DNA from: Kiritimatiellia bacterium | GTDB lineage: Bacteria; Verrucomicrobiota; Kiritimatiellia; JAAZAB01 | Reading direction: 5' to 3' | DNA length: 64,000 nt | Assembly (NCBI GenBank): GCA_040767085.1 | Contig: JAXGPF010000008.1 | Coordinates: 64,001-128,000 of the forward strand | Part shown: positions 60,609 to 64,000 of the stretch, piece after piece | How the letters are laid out: each line of letters opens with the position of its first letter | Numbering within the stretch: the first letter of the stretch is position 1 | The notes under the pieces: model-generated | What the model saw: only the letters and a program-made list of their open reading frames with translations | Databases searched by the model: none | What the model was told of the DNA's origin: nothing | Made by a program: the position numbers and the translations under genes

Positions 60609-62365
60609 AAAAATCTATTTCCAGCATTTTTACCTTGGCGGCCATGGCCGCCCTGGCCTGGTTGTTCTGGCAGTGGGGATTCTGCCGGTTCTATGTCGCG
60701 CCGGGATACATGGCCGTGGTCACTGCCAAAACCGGCCAACCCCTGGAACCGGGCCAGATCCTGGCGCGCTCCGGCCAGAAAGGCGTGCGCGAGGATGTAC
60801 TCGGCGAAGGCCGGCATTTCCTGAATCCGGTGCTTTTCGACGTGGAGATCGTGCCGATCGTGACGATCCCCGTCGGCAAGATCGGCATTGTCACCGCCAA
60901 GATCGGCGCGGAATTGCCGGAAGGCGAGTTTTTAGCCGATGCCGGCCAGAAAGGCATCTGGCGGCACGTGCTGGGGCCGGGCAAGTACCGTTTGAATCCC
61001 TACGGGTACATGATTGACGTCACCGATGCCGTCAGCATTCCCGTCGGCTACGTGGGCGTGCTGACATCGCTGTCCGGCAAGCAGCCGGCCGCGGGCGCAT
61101 TTGCCCGCGCCGGGGAGAAAGGCGTGCGCGCCGATGTGCTGCAGCCGGGCTTGTATTACGTCAATGCCCGCGAATACAAGGTGGACGTGCTGGAAGTGGG
61201 GGTCAACCAGGTGTCGCTGCTGGGCGTGGGCGGCCAGGTCATCACCAAGCGCCAGATCATCACCCAGAGCAAGGCCACGGATGAACTGCAGCGCACGACG
61301 CTCATGGAGCAGCAGCAGCAGCGCCGCGTGTACCTGGAAAAATCGGAAAACCTGGCGGCGCTGGATAAGCGCCCCAGCCGCGCGCTGATGGCGCAGAGCG
61401 ATGCCCGGGCGGAGGGCGCGGCGCCGGCGGCCAAGCCGCTCGGCCGTTCCGACGACACGCTGGCCACGTTTGCCTTGAACCAGATGGTGGAATTTCCTTC
61501 GCGCGACGGATTTGACATCAGCCTGGACATGACGGTGGAATTCGAATTGCTGCCGGAAGCCCTGGCGGAAATATTCCGCAATTACGGCGATCTGCCGGCG
61601 GTGGTGGAAAAAATCATTCTCCCGCAGATTCTTTCCGTTTCGCGCCTGAAAGGCTCCGCCTACGGCGCCAAGGATTTCGTGGTCGGCGAAGGCCGGGAAA
61701 AATTCCAGAAGGACCTGACGGAAACGCTGGCCGGCACGCTCAAGGAAAAACGCATCATCGTGCATAACGCCTTGATCCGCCATGTGGGCGTGCCGATGCA
61801 GATTCTCGATCCCATCCAGCAGGCCAGCATTGCGGCGGAACAGGATCTGACCAACCGCGAAATGCAGAATACCGCGCGCAAGCTGGCGCAGTTGAACACC
61901 GAGCAGGCGCTGATCGAACAACGCCGCGCCCAGGTGGCCCAGGAGACGGAAAAATTGAAGGCGGAAATCAGGGCTGACCAGGAAAAACAAGTCGCCTTAA
62001 CCCTGGCGGAGGCTACCCGCCGCGTGGCGGAAATCGAGCAGCAGACCGCCGGCGTCCGCGCCGAGCGGACGTTGAAGCTCGGCCAGGCGGAAGCCGAGGT
62101 GATTCAGTTGGTCGAGGGCGAGAAGGCCAGGGGGCAGGTCATGAAGGTGCAGGCTTTCGGCGATCCCCAGGCCTACAGCCTGGCGGAGTTCGCCGCGGGT
62201 TTGAACGACCGGCTCAACATTAACATCATCCATGCTGGCGATGGCACCTTGTGGACGGACCTGGAAAACGCGCGCCTGGGCGACCTGGGCGGCGCCGGCG
62301 TGCTTTCCGGCCGGCCGGCCGCGGGCGGGCCGCCGGCGCGGCCGGCGCCCCGGCAGGTTAAATGA
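60605..62365 (+). CDS. SPFH (band 7) paralog with three N-terminal beta repeats
   Basis: Same architecture; ATGA overlap with the preceding gene. Confidence 0.85.
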   Translation: MKKSISSIFTLAAMAALAWLFWQWGFCRFYVAPGYMAVVTAKTGQPLEPGQILARSGQKGVREDVLGEGRHFLNPVLFDVEIVPIVTIPVGKIGIVTAKIGAELPEGEFLADAGQKGIWRHVLGPGKYRLNPYGYMIDVTDAVSIPVGYVGVLTSLSGKQPAAGAFARAGEKGVRADVLQPGLYYVNAREYKVDVLEVGVNQVSLLGVGGQVITKRQIITQSKATDELQRTTLMEQQQQRRVYLEKSENLAALDKRPSRALMAQSDARAEGAAPAAKPLGRSDDTLATFALNQMVEFPSRDGFDISLDMTVEFELLPEALAEIFRNYGDLPAVVEKIILPQILSVSRLKGSAYGAKDFVVGEGREKFQKDLTETLAGTLKEKRIIVHNALIRHVGVPMQILDPIQQASIAAEQDLTNREMQNTARKLAQLNTEQALIEQRRAQVAQETEKLKAEIRADQEKQVALTLAEATRRVAEIEQQTAGVRAERTLKLGQAEAEVIQLVEGEKARGQVMKVQAFGDPQAYSLAEFAAGLNDRLNINIIHAGDGTLWTDLENARLGDLGGAGVLSGRPAAGGPPARPAPRQVK

Positions 62366-62368
62366 CCT

Positions 62369-62815
62369 ATGGGTGCCGGACGCGATATCCCCCCGCCGCC
62401 TCCCCGGGCATTGCACCGTGACCGCAGCGCCTGGATGATTCAGCGCGAACGGCTGGGGCTGGACTATCTTCCGCCGGCCGGGCGGGAGGCGGTGCCGGCG
62501 GGCGATGTCATCATGGATTTTTGCCGCAAGCTGGAAACCAGCACGGATTTTGCCGTCTTGCGCAAGATTCAGACTGATTGGGAGGACCTGGCCGGGCCGG
62601 CGCTGGCCCGGCATGTCTGGCCAGCCCGGCTGGAGCGGCAGACTTTGACGCTATGCGTGGAAAATTCCGTTTGGCTCTCGGAAGTGGCGCGGGTGGAATC
62701 GCCGCGTTTGTTGAAGCGGCTGCATGTCCGCATTGCCGCCGCCAGGAAATTGGTGAAAAAAATGCGCCTGACGGTGGATGCCGCCATGGTGCGCCGCAAT
62801 CGCCCCGGCGCCTAG
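62369..62815 (+). CDS. DUF721/DciA-family protein
   Basis: WEDLAGPALARHVWP..L.L.V.NSVWLSE. Confidence 0.8.
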   Translation: MGAGRDIPPPPPRALHRDRSAWMIQRERLGLDYLPPAGREAVPAGDVIMDFCRKLETSTDFAVLRKIQTDWEDLAGPALARHVWPARLERQTLTLCVENSVWLSEVARVESPRLLKRLHVRIAAARKLVKKMRLTVDAAMVRRNRPGA

Positions 62816-62838
62816 CGCCAAACCGTCCGCGGCCAGGC

Positions 62839-63507
62839 TTAAGGCAGCCCGCCGGGCGGGCGGGCGCCGCCGCTGTTGACGAACTGCGCGATGGCCGCCA
62901 GCGCCGGCCCGGCATCCGGACCGGTGGCGATGAATTCCAGTTGTTCGCCCTGCACGGCATCCAGGGTCAGCAGGTTGATGATGGATTTGACATTGACGTA
63001 CGGCCGGCCTTGCAGGAGAAAATTGTAATAGGGCATGTCCGGCCGGTGCAGGTAAACCTCGCAGTCGTAGCGCCGGATCATTTCCACCAGGCGCGAAGAG
63101 GGGCGGGTATGCAGGCCGTGGGCATTGGCGACCACGGCGCTGATTTTTAAGAAGCCGTTGCGCTCGAGCGATTCGCGTTCCGCGCGCCAGATGGCGGCAT
63201 AGTTGGCGCACCATTCCTCGGCCGCCAGGGCCCGGCCGATATCGCGGCCCTCGTTTTGCGATCGGAAATATTTATGGCGCTCGATTTCCTGCATCTGGTC
63301 GCGGTTGTCGCGCCGGTGTTTTTCCTTGAGCCATTCCAGGCGAAAGTGCAGAATGAAATGCTCAATCGCCTCTTCCAGGGTAACAGCCGGGTTGCCGGCG
63401 GCGGCCATCCGGCGCTGGTGATCCAGGATGGCCAGCAATTCCGCGGGGGTCAGATTGATGTCCCTGAAATTCAGCGGGCGTTCGGCTGGCGTACCCGTGT
63501 TTTGCAT
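62839..63507 (-). CDS. HPr-domain protein with N-terminal DUF4032-like repeats
   Basis: GLHTRPS (His15 equivalent) and NVKSII (Ser46 equivalent); N-terminal EIERHKYFRSQNEGRDIG..AAEEW...YA..WR. Confidence 0.8.
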   Translation of the reverse strand: MQNTGTPAERPLNFRDINLTPAELLAILDHQRRMAAAGNPAVTLEEAIEHFILHFRLEWLKEKHRRDNRDQMQEIERHKYFRSQNEGRDIGRALAAEEWCANYAAIWRAERESLERNGFLKISAVVANAHGLHTRPSSRLVEMIRRYDCEVYLHRPDMPYYNFLLQGRPYVNVKSIINLLTLDAVQGEQLEFIATGPDAGPALAAIAQFVNSGGARPPGGLP

Positions 63508-63537
63508 AAGACGATATTATATTGAAAAGACGGACGC

Positions 63538-64000
63538 ATGCAATCCCAAACCCACCCCCATGAACGGCATTGCCGGATTACGCTGCGCTGGCCGGAACCG
63601 CCGCTGCGCGTGGCGCTCGTCGAGCCGGAAATCCCGCCCAATACCGGCAATATCGCGCGCCTGTGCGCCGCCACCGGTTCGCCGCTGCACCTGATCGGTC
63701 CGCTGGGATTCCGTCTGTCCAGCGCCGCCGTCCGCCGGGCCGGCCTGGATTACTGGGATGCGGTGGAACTGGTCCGGCACGATCGGCTGGAGGATTTTTT
63801 CGCCATTGCGCCGCCGGCCCGCTGCCATTTTCTGAGCACCGGCGGCCCGGTGTCATACGCCGCGGTGACTTACCGGCCGGGCGATGCCCTGGTTTTCGGC
63901 AGTGAAAGCCGGGGCTTGCCGGCGGCCTTGCTCGCTGCGCATCCCGACCGGGTGCGGGCCATCCCGCTGCGGGCCGACCGGGTGCGTTCGCTGAATCTTG
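63538..64000 (+). CDS. trmL: tRNA (cytidine/uridine-34-2'-O)-methyltransferase; runs off the window
   Basis: Read manually: VEPEIPPNTGNIARLCAATG..LHLIGPLGF..RRAGLDYW..LVFGSESRGL..RSLNL. Confidence 0.92.
   Translation, partial: MQSQTHPHERHCRITLRWPEPPLRVALVEPEIPPNTGNIARLCAATGSPLHLIGPLGFRLSSAAVRRAGLDYWDAVELVRHDRLEDFFAIAPPARCHFLSTGGPVSYAAVTYRPGDALVFGSESRGLPAALLAAHPDRVRAIPLRADRVRSLNL

Overview
A GC-rich bacterial chromosomal segment. Gene content and protein C-termini suggest the PVC group, possibly Kiritimatiellae/Lentisphaerae (inference only). Most of it is housekeeping or envelope genes: hdc-ACT-GT4, Flp/Tad pilins, a TolC-[Cys-rich]-HlyD-ABC-ABC exporter, a D,D-carboxypeptidase, an attenuator-controlled ilvB-ilvN-leuA-aroE-pilD-aroK operon, carB, an RND pump, apgM, pilT, smpB, tatD, hflX, maf, two SPFH genes, an HPr fusion and trmL. 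The main accessory region is 31.8-38.55 kb: an integron cassette array with an attI-like site and 4-5 attC sites but no integrase in the window. Its cassettes encode an HNH nuclease, a Ser/Thr kinase, a hypothetical protein, a DUF6868-like protein, a YHYH protein and an antitoxin with a frameshifted RelE/ParE toxin. The array is interleaved with five full, internally deleted or truncated copies of an inverted-repeat-bounded RAYT-like HUH element, which tend to sit where attC sites are expected. Also present are a complete Mutator-like IS (5942-8295, exact 8-bp TSD), a 4-copy MITE family (TIR plus ~10-bp TSD) carrying GTAG-type REPs, two copies of a ~380-bp fold-back element flanking two genes, and a 3 x 119-bp REP-like tandem array. 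I found no rRNA, tRNA or CRISPR array.
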